Under the pieces are notes generated by a model that saw only the letters and a program-made list of their open reading frames with translations, made no database searches and was not told the origin of the DNA. From positions 90,001 to 122,000 of the forward strand of contig NZ_LGHJ01000012.1 in assembly GCF_001306055.1 (NCBI RefSeq): 32,000 nucleotides of DNA. Direction: 5' to 3'. This document shows, one piece after another, positions 23,465 to 31,770 of this stretch. How positions within the stretch are numbered: position 1 is the stretch's first letter; each line of letters begins with the position of its first letter. This stretch comes from Bellilinea caldifistulae (lineage in GTDB: Bacteria; Chloroflexota; Anaerolineae; Anaerolineales; Anaerolineaceae). Made by a program: the position numbers and the translations under genes.

Positions 23465-26344
23465 CTAATTGAGGGACTTACCGGCTGCCTGTACCGCTGC
23501 TTCCAGCCGATCGAGCGCACCGAGAAACTCGGCCGTGACCGCCTCCACCTCGCGGGCTGTGTGTTCAAATTCCTGAAGATTGCCGTTGTGGAAAGTCTCA
23601 ACGGCCTGCCGTGTCAGTTGATGGAAACGAATATGAACCTCTTCCAGCGCTTCAAACTGGGGCAGATTTCCATAATGCTGCTTCCCTGCCCCATAGTACC
23701 AGCGCCCCAGTGAACACTGCTCGTGAGTCACCACGCCGTAGTTGTTCAAGCGATTTTCCAGGCGGGCAATCCGCAAGCGGCGCAGCCAGGCGCTGTGTGC
23801 CTGCCGCACCAGTTGAAAACGCAGTGAGGTATCTCTGCCGTTGTCGGTCTGAAAGTTAGCCACCATTTGAATCAGCGTTTGTGCCAGTTCCGCCAGTAAA
23901 TTCGCCGAACGGGAGACCTCCTCAACCTGTGCGCTCATCTCCTCGGTCGAAGCCGAAACCTCTTCCACCGCAGCGCTGTTCTGCTCACTGATGCTGGCGA
24001 TATTTTCGATGGCCTCGCCCACTTCGCCGGATCCGGCCGCCATTTCTTCGGTGGCCGCCGTGTTCTCCTCTACAATCGCCGAAACGCTGTCCATGGCGCT
24101 GGCGAGTTCCTCCGCCAGTTGATCAATTCTCAAAGTTGCCCGGGCAATTTCCTCACCCGATTGCAGTCCTTGTTGCGAGGCACGCAGCAGCTCATCCAAC
24201 GCCCGGCGCGACTGATCCGCCAACCCCACCCCTTGCTGGACTTCCCGGCCGCTTTCAGCCATGGAACGGACGGCCTCTTCCACCGCTTTTTGAATTTCGC
24301 GAATCAAAGCCGCAATTTCACGGGTTGCCTGGCGGGCTTGTTCGGCCAGCTGGTATACCTCCTGCGCTACCACGGCGAAACCGTTGATTCGTAATTCAAA
24401 CTTCTTCAAACTGGACACATTGAAGCCAATCTGCACAATGCCGGGCCGATCGGCGCGGGAAACGCCGACGAACTTGTACACCTCATCATCAAAAGATCGT
24501 TTTTGCGACTCCTGACATAAAACACCGTCTTTTTGGTGAATCAACTGCCGGAAGGGATAAGCCTGTTCTTTGGGGTCGGTGGGGAATTTCCAACCAATCA
24601 ACTTGGAATCGTTCGACAGCACCACCACGCCGTCCTCATCGGTTGCCAGAATCATATCCAGTTGGGCAGCCTCTCCCAGTCTTTGCCAGTCACTGAGCGG
24701 CCGCTTATCCCACCCTGAAAGCAGCAAGTGGTTGATGATCCGACATTGGGCGGTCATCATGCGGTCGAGCATCACTTCGGTCATTTTCTTGCTTTGCACC
24801 TCGGCATGGGCGGCTTCAATGGCGGCGTTAATCGCAAGGATGTTGGTCTTGGCGGCAATGTCATCAATCGTTTCCAGAATCATGCCAATTTGCCGGGAAC
24901 GGTTGCCCATTTCCTGCACTTTTTGGGTAGATAGATCCACAACGTTTCGAATGCGCTCCATCCCGCGTGCGGTATCTTCCACCACCCGTGCCGTATGCTG
25001 GCTGGTTTCAACTGCACGGCCGGAAGTCAAAACCTGCTGCTCGGCGGAAACCCGAATCTCACGGACTGCCTGGGTGATTTGATTGGCCACTTCAGCCGCT
25101 TTGCCCACGGCTGCCGCCTGTTCCTGCGCCCCTCGCGCCACACCGTCAATTGCCCGTGTCATTTGATGAATAGACGAACTGGTCTGACTGACCGCTGTCG
25201 CCTGCTGGGAAATTCCCTGGGCAACCTGTTGAATGGTCATCGCAATTTGAGAACTGGCCTGTCCGCTTTGATCGGCCGCACCGGATAACTCATCCGAGGC
25301 TTTGCTGACCGTCAAGGCGCTGTTGGCAAACTGACCGATCAGCGTTCGCAGTCTTTCCACCATCTGTTTGAGGGTGTTTCCCAGCAAGTCATCTTCGCCT
25401 TTCGGCTCCAATTGAACGGCAAGGTTGCCCTCCCCCAATGCCTGAGCCACCGCAGCCACATCCTCCAGGTAGGTCTGAGTTTCCAACAAACCCGCAGCCA
25501 GTTTTCCGGCTTCATCTTGCCGGCGCGTCAGCCGGGCAATTTTCTCCATCTGATCGAAGTCCATCTGCAAGGCTCCCCGCGCAATTTCATGCAAATGGGC
25601 AGTTACTTGCTCCAGGGGTCGGGTGATGTGCAGGCTGAGCGACAGGCTGGCAACCAGCGAAAGACCGGCAGCCAACAGACTGGCTATCATCAATACCGCA
25701 GCGGCGGAGCGGTAGGTGCGTTCGCTGGACTGATAGACATTTTCAGCAACGGTTTCACTGGCCTTCACCAGTTCATCGAAGGATTGACTGACCAGTTTCT
25801 TATTCTGAGCCAGGCTGCCGCTATTGAGCGAGTCATACACCACCGAGCGGTTGCCGCTATCGGTCAGGCTCATCGCCTCCAATACCGCACGCTGATACGA
25901 TGACCAGTAAATCTTGAAATTGGTCAACGCCTGCACGGCATCCGGCGGGACTTTTCCCCTCTCGTATTCACCCAAAAAGGCGTTGATGGCATCCATGTTG
26001 CGCTTCAGGGTTTCACGGATTTCAGGACGGTTTTCCGGCAGCATCACATAAGTCAGCAGGTTGCCGTGCAATTCATACAGCGTTTTATGGGCGGTTCCCA
26101 GCGTTTTTATAGGGAGCGTCTGGTCAAGGTAAATCACCTCCACGCTGCGTTGAATTTGTTGCAAATGGAAAAAACCCACGGCTGCAACCAGCAGAACAAA
26201 CACAACCCCCATGATTGCCGATCCAACCAGTTTCGTACGAGTATTGAAGCGACTCAAATCCACCTTTGCGACTCCTTTCCATCCATTGAAAAAGAAGGGG
26301 TTAACGCCATTTAGGTTATAGCGGTTTGACCCGTAAAAATCCAA
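23465..26344 (-). CDS. Methyl-accepting chemotaxis protein: 4HB-type sensor, TM2, HAMP, signalling domain interrupted at the tip, C-terminal CZB domain
   Basis: 959 aa. TM1 is GSAIMGVVFVLLVAAVGFF and TM2 is AAAVLMIASLLAAGLSLVASLSL. The tip motif is split into NILAINAAIEAAHAE (aa 501-515) and GFAVVAQEVYQLAE (aa 655-668). The C-terminus has CZB motifs THEQCSLGRWYY and HIRFH. The true start may be GTG 26263 (GGAG SD 8 nt upstream, giving MDLSRFNTRTKLVG...). Confidence 0.85.
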   Translation of the reverse strand: MDFYGSNRYNLNGVNPFFFNGWKGVAKVDLSRFNTRTKLVGSAIMGVVFVLLVAAVGFFHLQQIQRSVEVIYLDQTLPIKTLGTAHKTLYELHGNLLTYVMLPENRPEIRETLKRNMDAINAFLGEYERGKVPPDAVQALTNFKIYWSSYQRAVLEAMSLTDSGNRSVVYDSLNSGSLAQNKKLVSQSFDELVKASETVAENVYQSSERTYRSAAAVLMIASLLAAGLSLVASLSLSLHITRPLEQVTAHLHEIARGALQMDFDQMEKIARLTRRQDEAGKLAAGLLETQTYLEDVAAVAQALGEGNLAVQLEPKGEDDLLGNTLKQMVERLRTLIGQFANSALTVSKASDELSGAADQSGQASSQIAMTIQQVAQGISQQATAVSQTSSSIHQMTRAIDGVARGAQEQAAAVGKAAEVANQITQAVREIRVSAEQQVLTSGRAVETSQHTARVVEDTARGMERIRNVVDLSTQKVQEMGNRSRQIGMILETIDDIAAKTNILAINAAIEAAHAEVQSKKMTEVMLDRMMTAQCRIINHLLLSGWDKRPLSDWQRLGEAAQLDMILATDEDGVVVLSNDSKLIGWKFPTDPKEQAYPFRQLIHQKDGVLCQESQKRSFDDEVYKFVGVSRADRPGIVQIGFNVSSLKKFELRINGFAVVAQEVYQLAEQARQATREIAALIREIQKAVEEAVRSMAESGREVQQGVGLADQSRRALDELLRASQQGLQSGEEIARATLRIDQLAEELASAMDSVSAIVEENTAATEEMAAGSGEVGEAIENIASISEQNSAAVEEVSASTEEMSAQVEEVSRSANLLAELAQTLIQMVANFQTDNGRDTSLRFQLVRQAHSAWLRRLRIARLENRLNNYGVVTHEQCSLGRWYYGAGKQHYGNLPQFEALEEVHIRFHQLTRQAVETFHNGNLQEFEHTAREVEAVTAEFLGALDRLEAAVQAAGKSLN

Positions 26345-26423
26345 TAAAATCCGTCTGTTGGGCGCGTAAAATTCAGGTAAAATCCGCCTTGTTGTTTAAA
26401 TTCGCTTCTCAGGACTTAATTCG

Positions 26424-27365
26424 ATGACCATCACCGCAAGCGCAGTTGATACCCGCACGGCCAGCAAAGGTTATGCAATTGCCCTGGTCGGAGTGCTGAT
26501 CTGGTCAACCACTGCCATTTTCATCCGTTACCTGACCGCTTATCAGCTCATTCCCCCCATCCTTCTGGCGGCCTGGCGGGATTTGCTCGCCAGCCTGACA
26601 ATGGCGATCGTATTGGGGGTTTTGAAACGCCGTTTGCTTTACCTGCCAAGGTCTCTTTGGGGGTTCATTCTGGGATACGGGGTAGTTCTTTCGCTATTCA
26701 ATGCCCTTTGGACTCTGTCGGTTGCTTTCAACGGAGCAGCCATTTCGGTGGTACTGGTGTATAGCTCGGCTGCTTTCACGGCCATCCTTGCCCGTTTTCT
26801 CTTTGGTGAAAGCCTTTCCATGGCCAAAGGCCTGGCCATTGCCGCCAGCCTGAGCGGATGCGTGCTGGTGGCCGGGGCATTACAGCCGGAAATGTGGCGG
26901 CTAAACCCGCTCGGCATTTTGACCGGACTGCTCTCCGGGCTGGCGATGAGCGGTTACAGCCTGTTCGGCAAAGAATCAGCCCGGCGAGGAATAAGTGCAT
27001 GGACTGCTCTGGCCTATACCTTTGGAACTGCGGCCGTCATTCTTTTCTTTGGCAGCCGCCTCTTGCCGTCTTTTCTGGGGGGTGTGTCAACCGGCGATTC
27101 TCTCATCCCCTCTCTGGAAAATGCCGGTTGGGCAGCATTGATTTTACTGGCAGTTGGCCCGACCATTGGCGGTTACGGCCTCTACACCCTCAGCATGAGT
27201 TACCTGCCGGCTTCGGTGGTCAACCTCATCGCCACTTTGGAACCGACTTTTACCACCGTTCAGGCTTACTTTCTGCTGGGTGAGCGTTTCAGCGCTGAGC
27301 AGGTGGTGGGCAGCCTGTTGATTCTGGGCGGGGTAATCGCCTTGCGGTTTCACGAAAAAGGCTGA
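26424..27365 (+). CDS. EamA/DMT-family transporter
   Basis: 313 aa with about 10 TM helices. It shows the two EamA repeats (GVLIWSTTAIFIRYL..., ...LEPTFTTVQAYFLLGERFSAEQVVGSLLILGGV). Confidence 0.8.
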   Translation: MTITASAVDTRTASKGYAIALVGVLIWSTTAIFIRYLTAYQLIPPILLAAWRDLLASLTMAIVLGVLKRRLLYLPRSLWGFILGYGVVLSLFNALWTLSVAFNGAAISVVLVYSSAAFTAILARFLFGESLSMAKGLAIAASLSGCVLVAGALQPEMWRLNPLGILTGLLSGLAMSGYSLFGKESARRGISAWTALAYTFGTAAVILFFGSRLLPSFLGGVSTGDSLIPSLENAGWAALILLAVGPTIGGYGLYTLSMSYLPASVVNLIATLEPTFTTVQAYFLLGERFSAEQVVGSLLILGGVIALRFHEKG

Positions 27366-27371
27366 TGCGCC

Positions 27372-28409
27372 TCAACTGGCCGCTGCGCGGTCTTTGCGCG
27401 CCACCCGCAGAACAGCGATTTTGGTGGGGTGGTTGAATGGGGATGGATCAACCGGTGGAGGAGAAACCCGCGTTTTTGGAAAACCGGTCACGTCTTCCGG
27501 TACGGGGATGATCTCCTCCAGCCAGAGATAGCCGCTCCGGGAAATCTCATCAAAAATGCGGATCAGACCCGTCCCGCTCATAAAAAGGGCATTATTGACC
27601 ACGATCAAAACGCCGTCATGGGCAACCAGCGGACGAACTTTATTGAGCAGCGGCAGGGTTTTCTCGTTGAGGAAAATCTCACCGTTGAAACCAGTGGAGA
27701 AGAAAGGCGGGTCGAGAATCACGCAGTCAAACAACTGTTTGCGGCGCTTCAGGCCATCTACCACCTTGAAGAAATCCCCAATCAGGAAGTCCTCATCGTT
27801 AACCGGCCAGCCGTTCAAACGGTAAGTTTCCCGCGCCACTTCCAAAAAACGCGGGTTGTGATCGGTCTGCACAACCCGCCGGGCGCCGCCCGCCAGCGCC
27901 GCCGCCCCCAGGCTGCCGGTATAGGCAAAAGTGTTCAACACACTTTTCCCGGCCATGTGTTCTTTCAGCCATCCGCGCAAATTGCGGGTATCCAGATAAA
28001 AACTGGCATCCTGATTCAGGCGCAGGTTGATCGCATACGACACACCGTGTTCAACAATCCGGGTAGCAAGTGCCTGCTCATCCCCAAACCGAATCACCCC
28101 CAAACGCGAAGCCATGTTGCGCAGGCTGCGGGTTTTATGCACCACCGCGGTAATCCACGGGAATTGCCGGATGAACCATTTTTGCAATTCGATCAGCAGC
28201 GGACGCAGAACCACCGGATTCTCGTGGTAGTTGAAAATCACCAGTGTGGTGGCATACAGGTCAATCAGCACATCCGCAAAACCCTCATAAAAGCCACTGA
28301 AGAGGCGCAGCGCGGTTTGATGCTGATCGTCCATTCGCGGCAAACGTTCTTGCAGGGCCTTCTCCACCCTTTCAAATAAAATCTCACCATCCACGGAAAA
28401 ATTACTCAT
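27372..28409 (-). CDS. Class I SAM-dependent methyltransferase (RlmI/RlmK-like, PF10672-type)
   Basis: 345 aa. The SAM motif is VLNTFAYTGSLGAAALAGGARRVVQTD, followed by FDCVILDPPFF, as in RlmI-type 23S rRNA m5C methyltransferases. The exact substrate is unknown. Confidence 0.7.
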   Translation of the reverse strand: MSNFSVDGEILFERVEKALQERLPRMDDQHQTALRLFSGFYEGFADVLIDLYATTLVIFNYHENPVVLRPLLIELQKWFIRQFPWITAVVHKTRSLRNMASRLGVIRFGDEQALATRIVEHGVSYAINLRLNQDASFYLDTRNLRGWLKEHMAGKSVLNTFAYTGSLGAAALAGGARRVVQTDHNPRFLEVARETYRLNGWPVNDEDFLIGDFFKVVDGLKRRKQLFDCVILDPPFFSTGFNGEIFLNEKTLPLLNKVRPLVAHDGVLIVVNNALFMSGTGLIRIFDEISRSGYLWLEEIIPVPEDVTGFPKTRVSPPPVDPSPFNHPTKIAVLRVARKDRAAAS

Positions 28410-28416
28410 CTTGTGT

Positions 28417-28422
28417 ATTATA
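28417..28422 (-). promoter_or_regulatory. TATAAT box 7 nt upstream of the methyltransferase ATG (leaderless-type arrangement)
   Basis: The minus strand reads GGTTATAAT-ACACAAG-ATG with no SD sequence. There is no convincing -35. Confidence 0.35.
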
Positions 28423-28648
28423 ACCAGCCCGTGGGTATAAACCTAACAGTTTTCTTAATCCAATTTTTACCAGTTATTGATTGCATTTTTACATAAATCC
28501 TGCATAATCATAGATAAGTGAAGCAACTGAAAACTCACGCAGGCTGCACAGGCAAACCAATGAGGTCTTCACTCAACCAACACGCAACAAGATTCAACCT
28601 TTCATCTTCTTCCTTCCCTCTGGCTCACAATGAGCCCTCTTCTTCCCG

Positions 28649-28676
28649 ACCGGCGATGGAAATCTCCATCGCCGGT
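28649..28676 (+). promoter_or_regulatory. Perfect 12-bp hairpin in the leader of the RNase H-like gene (attenuator- or terminator-like)
   Basis: ACCGGCGATGGA-AATC-TCCATCGCCGGT is followed by TTGCGTT. It ends 20 nt before ATG 28697 and just upstream of the GAGGA SD. Confidence 0.5.
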
Positions 28677-28696
28677 TTGCGTTCAGCGAGGAAACC

Positions 28697-29245
28697 ATGA
28701 CACTCACACTGTACTTTGACGGTCTCTTTATGGGCATTCCCAAAAAGAATTGCCCCGCCCACGGCGCCGGCTTCATGTGTTACGGTTGGATTGCCTGGCG
28801 CGGCAGCCGCATTATTGCTCGCGGGCACGGCGGCTACCTGCGCGGCCGGGATGCCAGCAGTAACATTGCTGAATACCTGGCGTTGATTGAAGGGCTGGAA
28901 GCGCTGCGGGATATGGGCGTGGAAGGTGAAACCATCCACATCATCGGGGATGCCAAATCGGTCATTGAGCAAATGGAAGGGGTCGCCTCGGTTCATTCCG
29001 ACCAGATTCGCCCCTTGTACGAAAAGGCTCAGCGCATCGCAGCCGGATTTGCCCATTTAGATTGGCGCTGGATTCCACGCAAGCACAACCGCGAAGCCGA
29101 TGCCCTCACCCGCCGGGCACTGCGTCAGATTCGCTCCAATCCGAACAGTTATTCGGCGGCATTGAAAGCCATCAACCCGGCCCTGCCCGGCAGTCACCCC
29201 ACCCGCAAGTTCTGGCCGGTACTGGATTTACGAATCTACTGCTGA
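28697..29245 (+). CDS. RNase H-like protein (RNase HI / RVT_3 type)
   Basis: 182 aa. Candidate DEDD residues lie in YFDG, NIAEYLALIEGL, IIGDAKSVI and NREADALT. Confidence 0.7.
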   Translation: MTLTLYFDGLFMGIPKKNCPAHGAGFMCYGWIAWRGSRIIARGHGGYLRGRDASSNIAEYLALIEGLEALRDMGVEGETIHIIGDAKSVIEQMEGVASVHSDQIRPLYEKAQRIAAGFAHLDWRWIPRKHNREADALTRRALRQIRSNPNSYSAALKAINPALPGSHPTRKFWPVLDLRIYC

Positions 29246-29829
29246 GACAGCCTCTCCGCAAAACGCTCAATTTGTTCCTGCTGAACGCGGGTCAGACGAA
29301 TGAAAATCCGCACCTGCCGAATTTTCGCCCACGCCTGAGAGGGCGTTAAACCTTCCGAAATCAAACAGGCGGCTGCCATGCTGGGTGCCCGTCCCACCCC
29401 TGCTCCGCAATGGATATACACCTTACCACCCTCATTCTTGATCTGCCGATAAAACTCAACCCCTGCCTGCAAATCCTCCAGCGAAGGCGCGGCATCGTCC
29501 ACCGTGGGGAGATGAAGGTAAGCGGGAAAATCCAGGCCCAGTTGACGATCATCGAACTCAGCCCGCAGATTGATGACGCCTCGAATGCCCCACCGTTCTA
29601 AAATCCGCCAGCCGCCTTGACGAAACTGCGCCCCGACAAACAGATGGGGGGTAATTTCGCACTGCTCACGAATGGGGCGGTCTAAAACCAGACGGTTGAA
29701 CACATTGAACAACCACCAAAAGGTAGCCCGCACTCCCTGAGTCACCAACCGTACCCGAAACAGGCGTAAAAATTTGGCCAGATCCATGCTTGCTTCGCGG
29801 CTGGTTTTACCCTCTATCTCCACTTTCAT
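29236..29829 (-). CDS. Dual-specificity (Cys-based) protein phosphatase family protein
   Basis: The CX5R P-loop is IHCGAGVGRAPS. The start is ambiguous: ATG 29829, GTG 29823 (AAGGAG 6 nt upstream) or the ORF-track TTG 29847. Its 3' end overlaps the RNase H-like gene convergently by 10 nt. Confidence 0.7.
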   Translation of the reverse strand: MKVEIEGKTSREASMDLAKFLRLFRVRLVTQGVRATFWWLFNVFNRLVLDRPIREQCEITPHLFVGAQFRQGGWRILERWGIRGVINLRAEFDDRQLGLDFPAYLHLPTVDDAAPSLEDLQAGVEFYRQIKNEGGKVYIHCGAGVGRAPSMAAACLISEGLTPSQAWAKIRQVRIFIRLTRVQQEQIERFAERLSQQ

Positions 29830-29895
29830 CTCCTTAACACACAGCAATGCCGCGATTGTAGCCGTTCAGCAGGCAGAAATCAAGTTAAGGTTCGG

Positions 29896-30807
29896 TTAAG
29901 CGGGGTAAACCCGTCGGTACCATTCTTCCAGCCCCGCGGCATCCAGAAACCCATCCGCCGCCGAAACCGCCCCAATCTTATACGAAGCAAACACCACCGC
30001 CTTGCGAAGAGCCGTTTGGGCTGTATCTCCACCAAAATAAGCATGCAGAAAGGCGGCAAAAAGCGCATCGCCTGCGCCAATCGTGTTGCGCACCGGACGG
30101 GTATTCACCGCCGGAACATGGCAGACCTCTCCGGCGTCGCGCTCACCCAGCAGACATCCCTTTTCCCCCAGCCCAATCCCCACAATTTGTGCCGGGTATC
30201 TGGCCTGAATCGCCCGCAGCCACTCCTCCGGCGGTAAGGGCAGCCTTTCATGGCTCATAAAGAGAATATCCGCAAATTGCATAAAATCCCGGTTGTAATC
30301 ATCCTCCAAATCCCCGATGGCGTGTACATCGGTTGCAATCGGTTTGCCCAGACGGCGCGCCTGCACTAGCAACGGGCGGGAAAAATTGATGTTGCAGAGG
30401 ATGGCTGCATCACAAGCCGCCAGAGCCTGTGCGGCGAGCCGGGGCGGGTAAACCTGCTCTTGAATGTCCTTCAAATCCGTGTGAATCTGACGCCTGCCAT
30501 GTGAATCGTAGAGGATCACTGACTGGGGCGTCTCTTCGAGCCGCTCCAGCACACTGGTTGATGGGATGCGGTCTCTCTGTAAGGCATTTTGCACCCGCCG
30601 GCCGGCATCGTCCCTGCCAATCATTGAAAGAAATTCCACTTCGTTCCCCAGGCAGATGAGTGCTTTGGCAAGGTTATAGCCAACCCCTGAAACACTGGAC
30701 TGGATGCCGTAAAAAGGAAAATTAACCGGATTGTAATCCAGCGGGAAGCGTTCAATTCGCAGGGTTGTTTCGATGTTGATCAGGCCCGAAACCAGAAAAC
30801 GAGTCAT
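29896..30807 (-). CDS. PfkB-family carbohydrate kinase
   Basis: 303 aa. The N-terminal beta-sheet region includes GVGYN, and the C-terminal motif is TIGAGDALFAAFL (the GAGD anion hole). Confidence 0.75.
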   Translation of the reverse strand: MTRFLVSGLINIETTLRIERFPLDYNPVNFPFYGIQSSVSGVGYNLAKALICLGNEVEFLSMIGRDDAGRRVQNALQRDRIPSTSVLERLEETPQSVILYDSHGRRQIHTDLKDIQEQVYPPRLAAQALAACDAAILCNINFSRPLLVQARRLGKPIATDVHAIGDLEDDYNRDFMQFADILFMSHERLPLPPEEWLRAIQARYPAQIVGIGLGEKGCLLGERDAGEVCHVPAVNTRPVRNTIGAGDALFAAFLHAYFGGDTAQTALRKAVVFASYKIGAVSAADGFLDAAGLEEWYRRVYPA

Positions 30808-30816
30808 CCGAAAGGC

Positions 30817-31731
30817 TCATACCACCGTTTCCACAATGCGGGTCAGCACATGACGCTCGACCTGCGCATCGTTGTGGGGTGTCGGCACATCCCGGAACAG
30901 ATACCAGTCCTCGACATGCTCGATGAAGCCCTGAGGGGGAATGGTTTGCAGCGGGCCAAGCGTTTCCAGTTCCAAAAAGCGTTCGTTGATAAAAACCTCG
31001 ACATTGCAGCCCAAATCGGGATAGACCGCCTCGCCTGCCACCGCAAAGCGTTTGATGAACAAATGTCCACGGCGGGCATAGGCACACCACCCGCTGGGGA
31101 TGAAGGCGCCAATCTTCTGGGCGATTTTGATCAAGGGGTCTTGGCGCACCAGCAAGTACTGACGGCCCCAAATCAAGCGCGCATCGCTCAGGTCGGTATA
31201 CGGCCACAACGCAAGGGAATTGACCGGCAGTAAACCAGCCGGATCGGTATGCGGCAGGCGCGGCGGCATCGGTAAAATGGCCGTGCCGCCGGAAAGCATC
31301 ACCGAGAGCGCCCAAGGGGCAAGCCGCACATCCCATAACCCGCGGTTATACAACCGATGAATCACCCGTACATGAGTTCCCACCGGCGAAAGGCGGATAT
31401 CCATCTCCTTCTGGATGCCGGTGGTGCGCTCAACCGGTTGAGTAACACGAACACCGTCCCCCAAATCCTGCCAGACGAGAGGTTCATTATCGGGGTAGTA
31501 GGTACGCGGGTCGGCTTCCGGCGCATGCCACAGGCGGTGACCGCCGTACATCCGCCATCCATCCCTGCCCGCTTGGCCCTGGTCTTCCTCGATTTCGGCA
31601 AATTCGTTTTCCTCATCGAGGAAACCGTACCGCAAAATCCGTGGCCCGAATTGAGTAGAGACAATCACATCCACCAGTTCATTTCGAAAGCGGATGCACT
31701 CCTGCCAGCCGTTGAACGATACCATCTCCAT
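30817..31731 (-). CDS. Hypothetical protein, galactose-mutarotase-like (DUF4380-like)
   Basis: About 304 aa from ATG 31731. VDVIVSTQFGPRILRYGF...GGHRLWHAPE...LELETLGPL resembles DUF4380/aldose-epimerase-like proteins. This assignment comes from memory of the family pattern only. It lies 9 nt upstream of the PfkB kinase, so it is probably in the same operon. Confidence 0.5.
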   Translation of the reverse strand: MEMVSFNGWQECIRFRNELVDVIVSTQFGPRILRYGFLDEENEFAEIEEDQGQAGRDGWRMYGGHRLWHAPEADPRTYYPDNEPLVWQDLGDGVRVTQPVERTTGIQKEMDIRLSPVGTHVRVIHRLYNRGLWDVRLAPWALSVMLSGGTAILPMPPRLPHTDPAGLLPVNSLALWPYTDLSDARLIWGRQYLLVRQDPLIKIAQKIGAFIPSGWCAYARRGHLFIKRFAVAGEAVYPDLGCNVEVFINERFLELETLGPLQTIPPQGFIEHVEDWYLFRDVPTPHNDAQVERHVLTRIVETVV

Positions 31732-31770
31732 AAGACCTACCACCCTCACTCCAGGATTCGATGCCGGACT

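Noticed and set aside
24383-24799. Intein or in-frame mobile element as the explanation for the MCP insertion
   Set aside because: The insert begins with Val rather than Cys or Ser. It ends in ...LRIN followed by Gly, so there is no His-Asn followed by Cys, Ser or Thr. It has no endonuclease-like motifs, no flanking direct or inverted repeats, and composition like the rest of the gene.
30752-31336. 194-aa and 127-aa ORFs overlapping the DUF4380-like gene (30752-31336 minus, 30850-31233 plus)
   Set aside because: These are alternative frames of a longer ORF that looks more coherent. Their composition is Ala/Arg/Gly/Pro-rich with no motifs.
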